From positions 5,146,001 to 5,210,000 of the forward strand of contig CM075991.1 of NCBI GenBank assembly GCA_038087875.1: a stretch of DNA of 64,000 nucleotides, in the 5' to 3' direction. The notes below the pieces were generated by a model. The model had not been told where the DNA came from. It searched no databases and saw nothing but the letters and a program-made list of their open reading frames with translations. The translations under genes were made by a program, and so were the position numbers. The DNA is from Malacoraja senta. Its lineage: Eukaryota. Numbering within the stretch: the stretch's first letter is position 1; each line of letters begins with the position of its first letter. Below are positions 28,783 to 41,890 of this stretch, one piece after another.

Positions 28783-29327
28783 TGGGTGGTGCCGTTAATG
28801 GCTGCCTCGCGAACAGTCTGTCTGTCCTTTGTTCTGTTTTGTTATTTTAAGTACACGTTAAAGAGTATGGTTTAGTGTTCTCTGGTTTGTTTTATGTGGG
28901 GGGGGGGGGGGGTCGGGGTAAATTTTTTTTCAATCTCATACCTTGCCGGAGATGCAATTTTTTTCTGGATCGTATCTGCGGCCTAACACCATGGAGCTGG
29001 AAGCCTTGCTCAAGACTGACTTTGAGCCCCACCGCCGCGCCATGGACTTAACATCGGAGCCTGCGATCCCTTGCGGAGATCGCCCCGACAACGGAGGGTT
29101 TGAATGCCCCGACCGCGGGAGAACAAAGAAGGGAAGAAGATCAAACTTTTTTTGCCTTACAGCACAGTGACGAATGTAGGGGAGTCGCTGTGGTGGATGT
29201 TCATGTTAAAAATGTATTTGGGTGTCTTGTTGCTCTTTATTGGTATGACTGTATGGCAATCTGAATTTCACTGTACCTTAATTGTTACATGTGACAATAA
29301 ACAAACCTTGATCCTTGAAACTTGAAC
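28783..29327 (+). mobile_element. Non-autonomous retroposon with GC-rich core and GTGACAATAAA(CTTGA)n tail
   Basis: Shares head (ATGGCTGCCTCGC.AACAGTCTGTCTGTCC), G-run and 3' block with 47676-48527 and 63121-63708. Confidence 0.65.
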
Positions 29328-31208
29328 CTTAATTACAGAAGATACAAGGAACTACAGATTCCGGTTCACAAGAAAAGTCACAAAGTGCTGGAGTAACTCA
29401 GGCGGGTCAGGCAGCATCTTTGGAGATCATGGATAGGTGATATTTCCTCCTCTCTTCCCTGTGCTCACACTTATTTATTCCCCATCCTCCTCCAGGACCC
29501 TTCCTTGTGTCATGACCCTTCTTCATATAGGTCCTGTATCGGTCAGGACCCTTCTTAAAAGATAGATGACTTTTTAGGTCAGGGCTCATCTTCAGATATG
29601 TGATGTTTCGGGTCAGGACCCTTCTTTAGATAGGTCACGTTTCAGCTCAATTTTCAGGTCCTCATGTAGACACGTAACAGCTTGTTTCTCTTGCATGGGA
29701 AACAAGGATAAAGCAGGATGCTTGAATATGAACTGGGGGATTCAGGAGCATTATCTGGAAACAGTCCCAGACAGTGGACAGATGTAACTCCTTTCCTCTT
29801 TTCACCAGAGAGGCTGGTACATTTGGCTTAACGAAGGAACAGCAGAGAGAGCAAAGATGTCACAGTGTCGATCAGCTATGGTCTGATCAAACTTTGAAAC
29901 AGGTCTCCACCTCTTCCTGTGGTCTCCCGCAAGATGAAACAACAATAAGCATGTGTGGAAATTTCACATTGGTGAGAACCATGTTTTTTGTCAATGTGAC
30001 AAGAACCTGCTGAGAAAATAACGGGGAGCGTGTGAAGGAATGAGCTGATGATGTGGCCTGCTTGTTCCACCCCTTCTCTTGACAAAGCCGATGTCTCACA
30101 GCTACAGAATTGTTGTCGTTACATTGTAAGTATCTGAAATTTAACGGAAATGTAACGCAAACTTTGTTTTTCTTTCCTGCTTCACCCTATTTCATGGAAT
30201 TTTTGAGATGCAGCAGAGAAACAGGCTCTTTGTCCCACCTAATCCACGCCGACCAGCGATCGCCCCATACACTAGCGTTATCCTACACACTTGGGACAAT
30301 TTACCATCCTTTCGAAACCAATTAGCCTACATACCTGTACGTCTTTGGAATGTGGTAGGAAACCAGAGAGCCCAGAGAAAACTCACGCGGTGACAGGGAG
30401 AACGTACAAACTCCGTATAGACAGCGCCCGTAGTCAGGATCGAACCTGGGTCTCTCGGGCTGTTCTGTAGTCAGGATCGACCCCGGGTCTCTGGCACTGT
30501 AAGGCAGCAACTCTACCGCTGCCCCCCCCCCCCCCCCCGTCACCCTATATGATCATGGGAATATAGAACGTAGAACAGTACAGGAAGAGGCCTTCCGGCT
30601 CATGATGTCTGTGCCGAACATGATGCCACGATGCACTACTCTCATCTGCCTGCAAGTGATCCATAGCCCTCCATTCCCTGCTTATACATATGCCTTTCCA
30701 AAACCCTCTGCTGCCGTGTCTGCCTCCACCCCCAACCTTTCCTTCTGCCTTCTCCCACTGCTATGATAAATGCCGCTGCTTCAGGGACTCGCCTATTGCT
30801 GCTGTCACTGACCAACTGATGTCAGCTCACACTTCTAGCAGCAAGCAGCTCTGGCTGATACAGTAATTACCCAAGGGAACTCCGCCAGCAGAGCTCCCCT
30901 TCGCTGGATGGTTCAAAGACAACGCAATCTATATCCATCAGGCTTCTTTTCCCTGCCCCTCATCTCCAGCCCATCAATTATTGTCAGGAATGAAAACACT
31001 CTCAAAACTTTCCATTTCCTGTTTTTTTTTCCTGACTTGGCAATCAGCAGCCTGATTAGAGCCAGCACTGAGGGCACATGCCCATGGCTGTTCAACAAAC
31101 CACACTCTCAGCACAAAGTATCCATCTCACACCCTTCCCTTCGAAGACAGCCCCTTCCCACAACCAGCGGAAAATGTATGTGGTGTGGACAGAAGTTAGG
31201 GGGTGAGG

Positions 31209-31548
<340 letters not shown>

Positions 31549-33219
31549 TTCTTGTATGAGCACGCCTGTGCTAATTGGATACGGTAAAATTGTAAATTGT
31601 CCCTAGTGTGTAGGATAGTGCTAGTGTACGGGGATCGCTGGTCGGCGTGGCCTCAGTGGGCCGAAGGGCCTGGTTCCATGCTGTATCTCCAAAGTTCAAA
31701 TGAACAGTGGTTTTGTGGACTTCTGTGGCCTGAAGAATTTTGTTGCTGTGTCAGTTGTTCCATTTAACGGGGGTTAGTATAAACTGTCTTTCTGCAGCTG
31801 TTTATATACAATAGACAATAGGTGCAGGAGTAAGCCGTACAGCCCTTCAAGCCAGCACCGCCATTCAATGTGATTTAAGGCTCTTGCGATCTGGGATAAG
31901 GTACATCGGGGTTTTAGGAAAGAACTGCACATGTTCCTGGTGCTGGAGTAACTCAGCGGGTCAGGCAGCATCTCTGGAGAAAAGAAATAGGTAACATTTC
32001 GGGCCGAGACCCTTCTTCAGACTGAGAGTCAGGGGAGTGGGAAACGGGATATATGAAAAGGTATATAGAACAAATGAATGAAAGATATGCAAGAGAAGGA
32101 AAAAAAGTGTTGATAGACACAAAAAGCTGGAGTAACTCAGCGAGTCAGACAGCATCTCTGGAGAAAACGAATAGGTGACGTTTCGGGTCGAGACGTTACC
32201 TATGCCGTTTCTCCAGATATGCTGTCTGACCTGCTGAGTTACTCCAGCTTTTTGTGTCTATCTTCAGTTTAAACCAGCATCTAAAGTTCTTTCCCAAACA
32301 AAAGTGTTATCTGCAGCTCAAATCAGCCTCCAACTAGCCTGCCGGGTAGCCGGCTAGCTTCCTTGGATTCTGCCCTGCACCAATTTCCAGGAGGAATTAG
32401 AACTGTTTGTGAAGACGGTACATGCCACCATATCACTTCCCTTTGCCTCCCCTCCCCTCCTCTCCGAGCATCAAAGGCACAAGCCAGCCAAGCATGCCAG
32501 GCCTCCCTGAGGACAACACGCCCTGTTGTTTACTGCATCCACTCCCCAGTGGCCCTCGGACAGGATGGGCAAGTTTGCTGCTGGCCTCCAAGCTACTTAT
32601 CAGGGCAACATCTCAGAAGTCGATTTGAACAAACCGCTTCAGTACTTACTTTGTTCATCAAAAGAGAAGATCCAGATTTACAGATTACCAGGGTTGACGG
32701 GCAGAGAGGGAGCAGTATAGACTCACAGAGTCAAAGAGCAGGGAAACAGGCCCTTCGGCCCAACTTCCCCATGCCCATCAAGTTGCTCCACCTATGTTAA
32801 TCCCACCTACCTGCATTTGGCCCATTTGGCCCATATCCCTCTTAACCTTTGGTTTTCATGTGCCTGTCCAATTGTCTTTTAAATGTTATAGTATCTGCCT
32901 CAACTATCTCCTCTGGCAGCTCGTTCCATTTACCCACCACCCTCTGTGTGGAAAAAGTTGCCCCTCGTGTTCCTATTGAAGTTTTCTCCCTCATCTTAAA
33001 CCTATGCCCACTGGTTCTTGATTCCCCTACACTAGGTACAAGACCCATTCACCCTATCTATTCCCTTCGTGATTTTATACACCTCTCATCCGAGGTCAAG
33101 ATTAAACCGGGGTCACTGGAATCATGAGGCAGCAGCTCTACCCGCTGCGTCACTGACCGCAGTACAAATCTGGGCCCCATTTTGGTCTTCCCAACAAAAG
33201 GGAAAGACTAGGGCAGCAC

Positions 33220-33545
33220 AGTGGTGCAGCTGCCTCTCAGCGCCAGAGACCCAGGCTCGATCCTGACTACGCGTGCTGTCTGTGTGGAGTTTGCACATTC
33301 TCCCCGTGACCATGTGCGTTTTCTCCGTATGCTCCGGTTTCCTCCCACATTCCAAAGACGTGCAGGGTTTGTAGGTTAATTGGCTTCTGTAAATTGCCCC
33401 TAGTGTGTAGGATGAGAAGGTGTGATAGCGTGGAACTAGTGTGGACGGGTGATCGCTGGTCGGTATGGACTCGGTGGGCAGAGGACCTGTTTCCGCGCTG
33501 TATCTCTAAACAAAACTAAACTAAACCAAACTTAATTAAACTAAA
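33220..33545 (+). mobile_element. V-SINE (HE1-like)
   Basis: Full-length copy; further + copies at ~6750-7065, 34000-34310, 37490-37800, 61030-61330. Confidence 0.85.
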
Positions 33546-34892
33546 GTTAGACACAAAAAGCTGAAGTAACTCAGCGGGACAGTCAGCATCTCTGGAGAGA
33601 AGGAATGGGTGACGTTTCAAGTTGGATCCTTCTAACTAAATCTTCTCTGCAGTTGTCCTAACAGAAGGGATTAGTGCATTGATCCTGTCTTTGGCCGGCA
33701 GTATGCTGATGTTGCACTGGTTTTATAGGGATGGGGCAGGCGTTAACTTGACTTAGTCTGGGTGGAACCCCTCTACGCTTTGAGCAATCTGGTCTGGGAC
33801 TCTGAGGCCAGGCCAACAAGGAGAGCAGTGAAAATGTGTTGGAGGGAACTGCAGATGCTGAATTGTACTGAAAATAGACACAAAATGCTGGAGTAACTCA
33901 GTGGGTCAGGCCGCATCTCTGGAGAAAAGGAATCGATGATGATTTGGGTCGAGACTCTTGTTTAGACCAGGAGAGCAGGAGGCTTTGATCCAGACTCGAT
34001 GGGTGGCACGGTGGCGTGGCGGTGGAGTTGCTGCCTTACAGCGCCAGAGTCCTGGGTTCGATCCTGACCGCGGGTGCTGTCTGTACAGAGTTTGTACGTT
34101 CTCCCCATGTGGGATTTCTCCAGATGCTCTAGTTTCCTCCCACACTCCAAATATGTGCAGGTTTGTAGCTTAATTGGTTCGGTGAAAAAAATCGTAAATT
34201 ATCCCTAATGCTGGTGTATGGGTGATCGCTGGTCGGCGCGGACTCGGTCGGCCGAAGGGCCTGTTTCCATGCTGTATCTCTAAACTAAACTAAACTAAAC
34301 TAAGCTAAAGAAGGGTCTCGACCTGAATCGTCTGAGATGCTGCCTGTCCCATTGAGTTTCTCCAGTTGTTTGTGTCTGTCTTCGGTTTAAACCAGCATCT
34401 GCAGATCCTTCCTAAACTCAACTGGACCTGGTAAATCTGTCTGCCTCACACCTCCTGCGGAACATCAGGCAGCACTGAACTTGATTAAAGGTACGGTTTT
34501 CCATAACCTGTCCACCGAGACACTGAACAGTGCATCTGTCTCTTGGCAGCATAGTCAGAGGCCCCTTGTACCAGGAGAGGTGAACTTGCTCTCTGGAAGA
34601 GCAGCCTCCTGTTCCCATCTGAACAGTGTGTCCCTAACCACCATTCTCTCCAATAAATAATTACATTAACACATAAACTGTATAAAACATACTGTGCACC
34701 TCGCTCAAACAGTCCCTAACCCGGTGCAGTCGAGACAGAAGCAACTCCTACCGTTCTGTGTCCCTCCGAAAGAAAGTTAAAAGACTTGCCTTTGCATAGC
34801 ACCGTTCACATCCCTTACACACAAAGCACTTTAAAGCCAATGAAACACTGTACCTTTGAACGGTAATCAAAAGTCATCACCATAATGCAAGA

Positions 34893-35028
34893 CTCAGTCT
34901 GAAGAAGGGTTTTCGGCCCGAAACGTCACCTATTTCCTTCGCTCCACAGATGCTGCCTCACCCGCTGAGTTTCTCCAGCAATTTTGTCTGCCTTCGATTT
35001 TCCTGCATCTGCAGTTCCTTCTTAAGCT
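34893..35028 (+). mobile_element. Solo Penelope pLTR unit with TSD
   Basis: Flanked by ATAATGCAAGA (34882-34892, 35029-35039); highly similar to 59161-59299. Confidence 0.75.
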
Positions 35029-35054
35029 ATAATGCAAGAAATTAGGCAGCGAAA

Positions 35055-35375
35055 TGGGGCAGCACGGTGGCGCAGCGGTAGAGTTGCTGCCTTACAGCGC
35101 CAGAGACCCAGATTCGATCCTGACTACGGGTGCTGTCTGTGTGGAGTTTGTACGTTCTCCCCGTGAACTGTGTGGGTTTTCTCCGGGTGCCTCCCACACT
35201 CCAAAGGCGTACAGCCTTGTCGGCTAAATGGTTAGGCTAAGCGGCTGGGTATAATTGTAAATTGTCCTTAGTGTGTGCAGGATAGTGTTATTGTGCAGGA
35301 ATCGCTGGTCGGTGCGGAGTTGGTGTTTCCGCAGTGTATATCTCAACTAAACTAAAACTAAACTTCCACTAAACT
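35055..35375 (+). mobile_element. V-SINE (HE1-like)
   Basis: GGGGCAGCACGGTGGCGCAGCGGTAGAGTTGC head through (CTAAA)n tail. Confidence 0.85.
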
Positions 35376-35424
35376 AAGATTCCTCAACGGGGTAAGTTCA
35401 CTACATGCCCATTCACTACATACT

Positions 35425-35885
35425 GTTCATCACTCCACTCCCGCTGCCTCCTTCTCTGCCCCGATCACTCCCTCCTCCCTGCCCCTCACTCCCCTTTATT
35501 CCCCACTCCCTCCCTTCACTCCCCCTCACTGCTCCATTCACTCCACATTCACTGCCCATCACTTCCCCCTCATCTCCTCCGTCGATGTTCCCCCATTCAC
35601 TCCTTGCTCCCCCTCACTCCCCCGTTAGAGTCCTACTCATTACCCAATTTATTCACCCCTCACTCCCTCTCAAATCCACCTCATTACTTCCTCACCTCCC
35701 CCCTCACCTCCCCTCGTTCCCACCTTTTCTTCCCTTAGCTCCTCCTCACATCCCCTCACTCCCACTCACTCCCTCTCACCTCTCTCTCACAGCCCCACTC
35801 TTCCCCCATGTTACTTCTTCACTTCCTCCTCATCTCTCCGCATTCCCTCAACTCCTCCACTCGCCCCTCTCTTCATTGCTTCACT
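35425..35885. repeat. C-rich low-complexity tract (CACTCCCCT-like units)
   Basis: Direct observation; G nearly absent on the + strand. Confidence 0.85.
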
Positions 35886-37823
35886 GATGTCGATCTAGAT
35901 GGACCTGGAGGTTAAACCCTAATTGTTTTGTTTTAAGTTAGTTAATTAAGTTTATTGTCACGTTTACAGTGAAAAGCTTTACTGGGCTTTATCTTGCACT
36001 AGACCATTATAGGGCCACAGATTGAGAATAAGGAGTAAGCCATTTAGAACGGAGACGAGGAAACACTTTTTCTCACAGAGAGTGGTGAGTCTTTGGAATT
36101 CTCTGCCTCAGAGGGCGGTGGAGGTGGGTTTTCTGAATGCTTTCAAGAGAGAGCTAGATATGGCTCTTAAAAATAGCGGAGTCAGGGGATATGGGGAGAA
36201 GGCAGGAACGGGGTACTGATTGGGGATGATCAGCCATGATCACATTGAATGGCTCCAAGGGCCGAATGGCCTACTCCTGCACCTATTGTCCATTGTCTAT
36301 TATCTATTCCCTTTATCCTGTATCTATCTACACTGTGGACAGTGAAAGGCCCTAGAAAGGCCTGCACAGTGTGGATGTGGAGAGGATGTTCTCACTAGTG
36401 GGTGAGTCGAGGGCCAGAGGCCATAGCTTCAGAACAAAAGGACATACCTTTAGAAAGGAGATGAGGAGGAATTTCTTAGGTCAGAGAGTGGTGAATCTGT
36501 GGAATTCATTGCCACAGACGGCTATGGTGGCCATCAATGGATATTTTTCCATGGCAGCAGCTCTACCGCTGCACCACTGTGCTGCGAGATTACAGTGTTT
36601 AATAGCCTGAACCTGCTATAAATAATAGACACAAAATGCTGGAGTAATTCATCGGGACAGGCAGCGTCTCTGGAGAGAAGGAAAGAGTGACGTTTCGGGT
36701 CATGAAACGTCACCCATTCCTTCTCTCCAGAGGTGCTGCCTGTCCCGTTGAGTTACTCTAGCATTTTATGCCCATCTTTGGTTTAAACCAGCATCTGCAG
36801 TTCATTTCCTGCACATTTCGCCTGCTATCAGTAAGGTTATTTGCAACTCCTCCGTGTGCCGATATCGATCAGAAACACAAGAGAGACTTATCATCCATAA
36901 GTGCTTTTTTATTTTTGGAAAAGTCAAATTGCCCTATTCACGTTAATGAACGCTTGTTGTGGCAACGGGGAACCGATGTCAACACTTGCCATTTGCACAG
37001 CATTCTCTGCTGCGCACACACAATGGCCCCTAACTTTAAACCCTGTAAATGATTCAGATCCATCACTGATATACGATGAAACGCTTTGTTTTTCACAAGC
37101 TGTCCCGATGTGGATTGCATGGGAGTTTTATTTTAAATGGGGTATTCCCCTGATTCTGATATCTTTTTCAATCAGGCAGCTAAACTGTGGAGAGAAATAA
37201 TCTTTCAGGCCTCAGCGTCCGTTAAATGGGGTGTAAAGTGAAGGAGATGGTACATGAGAGGCTGTTTAATTGCTCCTGTGTTGCTCCTTTACACCATCCT
37301 AAACATGCGGTCCTTCCACCACTGGCAACAGTGTGTGGCATCGACAAAAGACATCTCAGCTGCATCAACACCATCTCCCGAGAACGACTCCCTAAGAATG
37401 GTTCAGATTTAGTTCAGAGATACAGCACGGAAACAGCCTCCTCAGCCCACCGAATCCACACCGACCATTGATCACCCATTTCACACCAGGGCGGCACAGT
37501 AGCGCAGCCTTGCAGAGCCAGAAACACAGGTTCAATCCTGACCGTGGGTGCTCTCTGTGTGGAGTTTGCACGTTCTCCCCATAACCGCATGTGTCTCCTC
37601 CAGGTGCTTCAGTTTCCTGCCACATCCCAAAAACGTGTGGGTTTGTAGTTTAAATGGCCTGCGTAGAATTGTCCCCTAGTGTGTAGGAAGTAGATGAGAA
37701 AGTGGGATAACATTGAGCTAGTTTGAACGGGTGATCGATGGTCGGTGTGGTCTCAATGAGACAAAGGGTCTGTTCCCATGCTGTATCACTAAACTAAACG
37801 TTTATTATTGTGACATGTACTAA

Positions 37824-38080
37824 AGGGCCTGTCCCACTAACGCGACTTTTCAGCGACTGTCTTCGACCTTCAAGCTCGAGGGCACTCGCCTGAAAAACCT
37901 CGAGCTGGATCGGCCGTCAGCGATGAAACCGCGAGCCGGATTGACCGTCTATAACTCACTAACTAACTCACTAACTCACTCACTCACTCACTCACTCACT
38001 CACTCACTCACTCACTCACTCACACACTCACACACTCACACACACACACACACACACGCACACACACACACAAACACACA

Positions 38081-38128
<48 letters not shown>

Positions 38129-38228
38129 CACACACACACACACGCACACACACACACACACACGCACACACAAACACACACACACACACGCACACACAAA
38201 CACACACAAACACACACACACACACACG

Positions 38229-38282
<54 letters not shown>

Positions 38283-38909
38283 CATCGCAAAGGCGGGGGC
38301 CAGGGAAAACGGGGGAGCGCTGTCTGAAATTCACACCCGCGATGAACAGGAAGGTAAAAGACGGCTGCACAGTGTACGGTAAGTCCTTTAGAGAGCGTCG
38401 AGAGGGGGGGGGGGGGAGAGAAGGGGAGAGAGGGAGAGAGAAGGGGAGAGAAGGGGAGAGAAGGGGAGAGAAGGGACGAGAAGGGGGGAGAAGGGCGGGA
38501 GAAGGAGTGGAGACACTTTTAAGAAGCCAGACAACTTTTCATAAAGTTGAGCGGGCATTTAACATTACCGGTCGGTTTACTTACCTTTTTTTTCTCGACG
38601 AGCTTTACCTTCGATTGCCTTCGATTACCTACAATAGCATTACGACCTACGACAACCTACCACGACTAAACCTACGAGTAAAAAACTATCAATTTTTTTC
38701 ATGGCGACCTTTTTTTACTCGCAGGCATTTTTCAGCATGTTGAAAAAAACGGCGCGACCTAGCTGAGGCCTCGAGTACGCGGGGACTACTCTCGAGCATG
38801 AAGGAGAGTTACAAAGACCTCCTAGGACCTCGTGTCGACCATGCTGCGAGTATGAGTCGAGGGCAAACTCTTCTAAACTCGCGGATTAGGTCACCGCAGT
38901 GGGACAGCC
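37824..38909. mobile_element. PIF/Harbinger-like MITE with internal (ACTC)n/(CA)n and GA-rich repeats
   Basis: TAA|AGGGCCTGTCCCACT left end; right end GCAGTGGGACAGCC (slightly truncated); internal homology to 8402-9200 and 28189-28752. Confidence 0.78.
37954..38278. repeat. Compound (ACTC)n-(CA)n microsatellite
   Basis: Direct observation; lies within MITE 37824-38909. Confidence 0.95.
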
Positions 38910-39677
38910 AAAGAGAAGACTATGATTTAGAGCAGCACGGTGGCGCAGAGTTGCTGCCTTTTGACAGCGAATGCAGCGCCAGAGACCCACGGGAGAGGAA
39001 CGTCAGCTCTGCCTCTGTGCCCTGGATAGGGCGGAGATGGGTTGAACATGTTAGAACCTCTTTGGTATCCCAAATGTTTCCTTACAGAGGGTTGAAATGT
39101 CAAGGACCATTCCACATTGCTTTTAAGGCCTGAGGGAGAAAGTTTAAAGGACATGTGTGGGGCAGGTTTTTTGTCACATGTGTTAGATGCCTGGAGAGTG
39201 CTGCTTGGGTTTGAGGTTGAAGCAGATATGATTATGGGTTCTAAGAGGCTCTTTGCTGGGAACATCATGGATATCAAGGGAATGGAGAAAGGTGAATGAC
39301 ATCATTAGTTTAACTTGGCATCATGTTCTGCATGAACATTGTGGGCTGAAGGGCCTGTTCTTGTGCTGTACTGTTCTATGTTTAATATTCCATGTATCTT
39401 GACTAAACCTTGTCAGTCACAGGCTGGGAGAAGTGAAATTTGTCCCAACCTGTTCCTGACATTCCATGGACCAAGCTGCTAACAGTTCTTCCGATGTTCA
39501 AATCCTCATTAACCATCGATCCACAACCGGAAGATGGGTCCCAACCTGAAGACGTCACCTGCCCATTCCCTCCACAGATGCTGACGGACCTGCTGAGTTC
39601 TTCCAGCAATTTGCATTTTGCTCCAGATTGCAGCATCTGCAGTTTCGCTCAGAGTTTAGTTTAGAGATACAGTGCGG

Positions 39678-39886
39678 AAACAGGACCATGAGCAACATCT
39701 GGTGACCATCAGTACGCCTGAGGAATTAGTTACCTGTGTGTGTTGTGTTCCTGCATCTGGCCAAATCGTGTTGGGTGCAATTATAAAAATTGTTCAGAGG
39801 GCTGTTGTAGTGAGAAAGCACGACCCCAAGAAACAAACTGCTCCCAAGGTCCCGTCATAGTTCAGGGGTCAGCGCCGGTGAGTTTA
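39678..39886 (+). repeat. Local direct duplicate of 44185-44391
   Basis: ~208 bp of non-SINE sequence with a handful of substitutions and one TG indel. Confidence 0.92.
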
Positions 39887-40190
39887 GTTTAGAGATACAG
39901 CGTGGAAGCAGGCCCTTCGGCCCACCGAGTCTGCGCCGACCAGCAATCCCCGCACATTAACGCTACCCTACACACACTAGGGGACAATTTTTACATTTAT
40001 ACCAAGCCAATTAATCTACAAACCTGTACGTCTTTGGAGTGTGGGAGGAAACCAGAGATCCCAGAGAAAACCCACACAGGTCACGGGGAGAACGTACAAA
40101 CTCCGTACAGACAACACCCGTAATCTGGATCGTACCCGGATCCCTGCCGCTGTAAGGCAGTAACTCTACCGCTGCGCTACTGTGCCACCC
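39885..40190 (-). mobile_element. V-SINE (HE1-like)
   Basis: Full-length reverse copy adjoining the duplicated segment 39678-39886. Confidence 0.85.
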
Positions 40191-41144
40191 ATTCTTTTTT
40201 TTCCCCTGGGGTTGCGGGGGAGAGAGTTTCTCGTCTCTCTATATACAGTCTTGCCCCTGCTATTTTCTCCAGCCCTCCAGATCTCTCTGCCCTCCTAAGC
40301 TTCTGAAATCATGCCCGTCCTCGACTTGAATCTCTACAGCGTTGGCAGCTATGCCTTCCATGGCCAGGGTCCGAAACTCTGCAATTGCCTCACCAAACCT
40401 CTCCACTTTAATGACGTGTTCTGTTTGACCAAGGTTTTGGCCCCTAGTCCTGACATCTCCCTAGTGTGCAATACTGATTGCCATTGCTCCTGCGATACAC
40501 CTTGGAACACTTTGCTGGATGTTATGTGAATGCTAGTTATTTTTACGCACTGCCCTTGCTGCCGATCAACAGAACTTCTTAAATCAGCAGTTTCCTAAAC
40601 TGAAACATAAAGCAAACACACTGGCCTGGGAATCTCTCCCAACTTTCTCTTCTGCTTGGCACTTCCAAATGCCTGGCAATATGTGTTCTGCCCTTGGGAC
40701 CCAAGAAGAGCAGCCTTACTGGCCCACATCAATCCCATGTAACTCTTTCAGCCCTGAGGCAGTAATGTAAAGCTGTTTGCTTCGTTAAGTTCATAGGTTC
40801 ATAAGTTTTAGGAGCAGAATTAGGCCATTCGGTCCATCTACTCTGCCATTCAATCATGGCTGGTTTATCTTTCCCTCCCAACCCCATTTTCCTGCCTACT
40901 CCCTGTATATTTTGACCCCTACTAATCAAGAACTTGTCAAACTCTGCTTTCACAATACCCAATTGTTAAGAGCTGCTTTCAAGAGAGAGCTAGATAGGGC
41001 TCTTAAAAATAACGGAGTCAGGGGACATGGGGAGAAGGCAGGAATGGGGTACTGATTGGGGATTCAGCCATGATCACGTTGAATGGCAGTGCTGGCTCGA
41101 AGGGCCGAATGGCCTGCTCCTTTGTCTATTGTCTTTTGTCTACT

Positions 41145-41890
41145 GTCCAATGACTTGGCCTCCACAGTCTTCTGTGGCAATGAATTCCACAGATTATCCA
41201 CCCTCTGACTAAAGAAATTCCTCCTCACCTCCTTTCTAAAGGTAATTACTTTTATTCTGAGGATGTGCCCTCTGGTCTTATACTCTCCCACGAGTAGAAA
41301 CATCCTCTCCACATCCGCTCTATCCGGGCCTTTCACTATACAGTAAGTATTAATGAGATTCTCCCATCATCCTTCTAAACGGGATGATACAGGCCCCAAG
41401 CTGCCAAATGCTCATTATACGTTAACCCCAGGACTATTCTTGTAAACTTCCTCTGGACCCTCTCCAATACCAGCACATCCCTCCTCAGATATGGAGCCCA
41501 AAACTGCTCACAATGCTCTAAATGCTGTCTGACTTGATGTAGTGCCTTATAAAGCCACAGCATTACATCCCTATTTTTAAATTCTACTCCTCTTGAAATA
41601 AATGCCAACATAGCATTTGCTTTCCTTATTACTGGTTCAACTTCCAAATTAACCTTTTGGGAATCCTGCACCAGCACTCTCAAGTCCCTTTGCACCTCCC
41701 ATTTCTGAATCCTCTCCCCGTTTGGAAAATAGTCCATGCCTTTATTCCCACTACCAAAGTGTGTGACTGTGCTGTATTCCACCTGCCATCACTTTGCCCA
41801 CTCTCCCAATCTGTCCAAGTCCTTCTGCAGACTCCCTGCTTCCCCTACAGTACCTGCCCCTCCGCCTATCTTTGTATCATCCGCAAACAC
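41145..41890 (-). mobile_element. CR1 LINE ORF2 fragment
   Basis: QRDLRVLV...KANAMLAFISRGVEFKNRDVMLWLYKAL..VRQHLEHCEQFWAPYLRRD..LERVQRKFTR; TRGH..R.EVRRNFFSQRV. Confidence 0.88.

Noticed and set aside
29809..29971. Exon-like segment with good acceptor, donor and one open frame
   Set aside because: Peptide unrecognised and no partner exons; needs RNA-seq.
35055..35130. tRNA-like sequences with A/B boxes
   Set aside because: SINE heads continuing into V domain; no complete cloverleaf.
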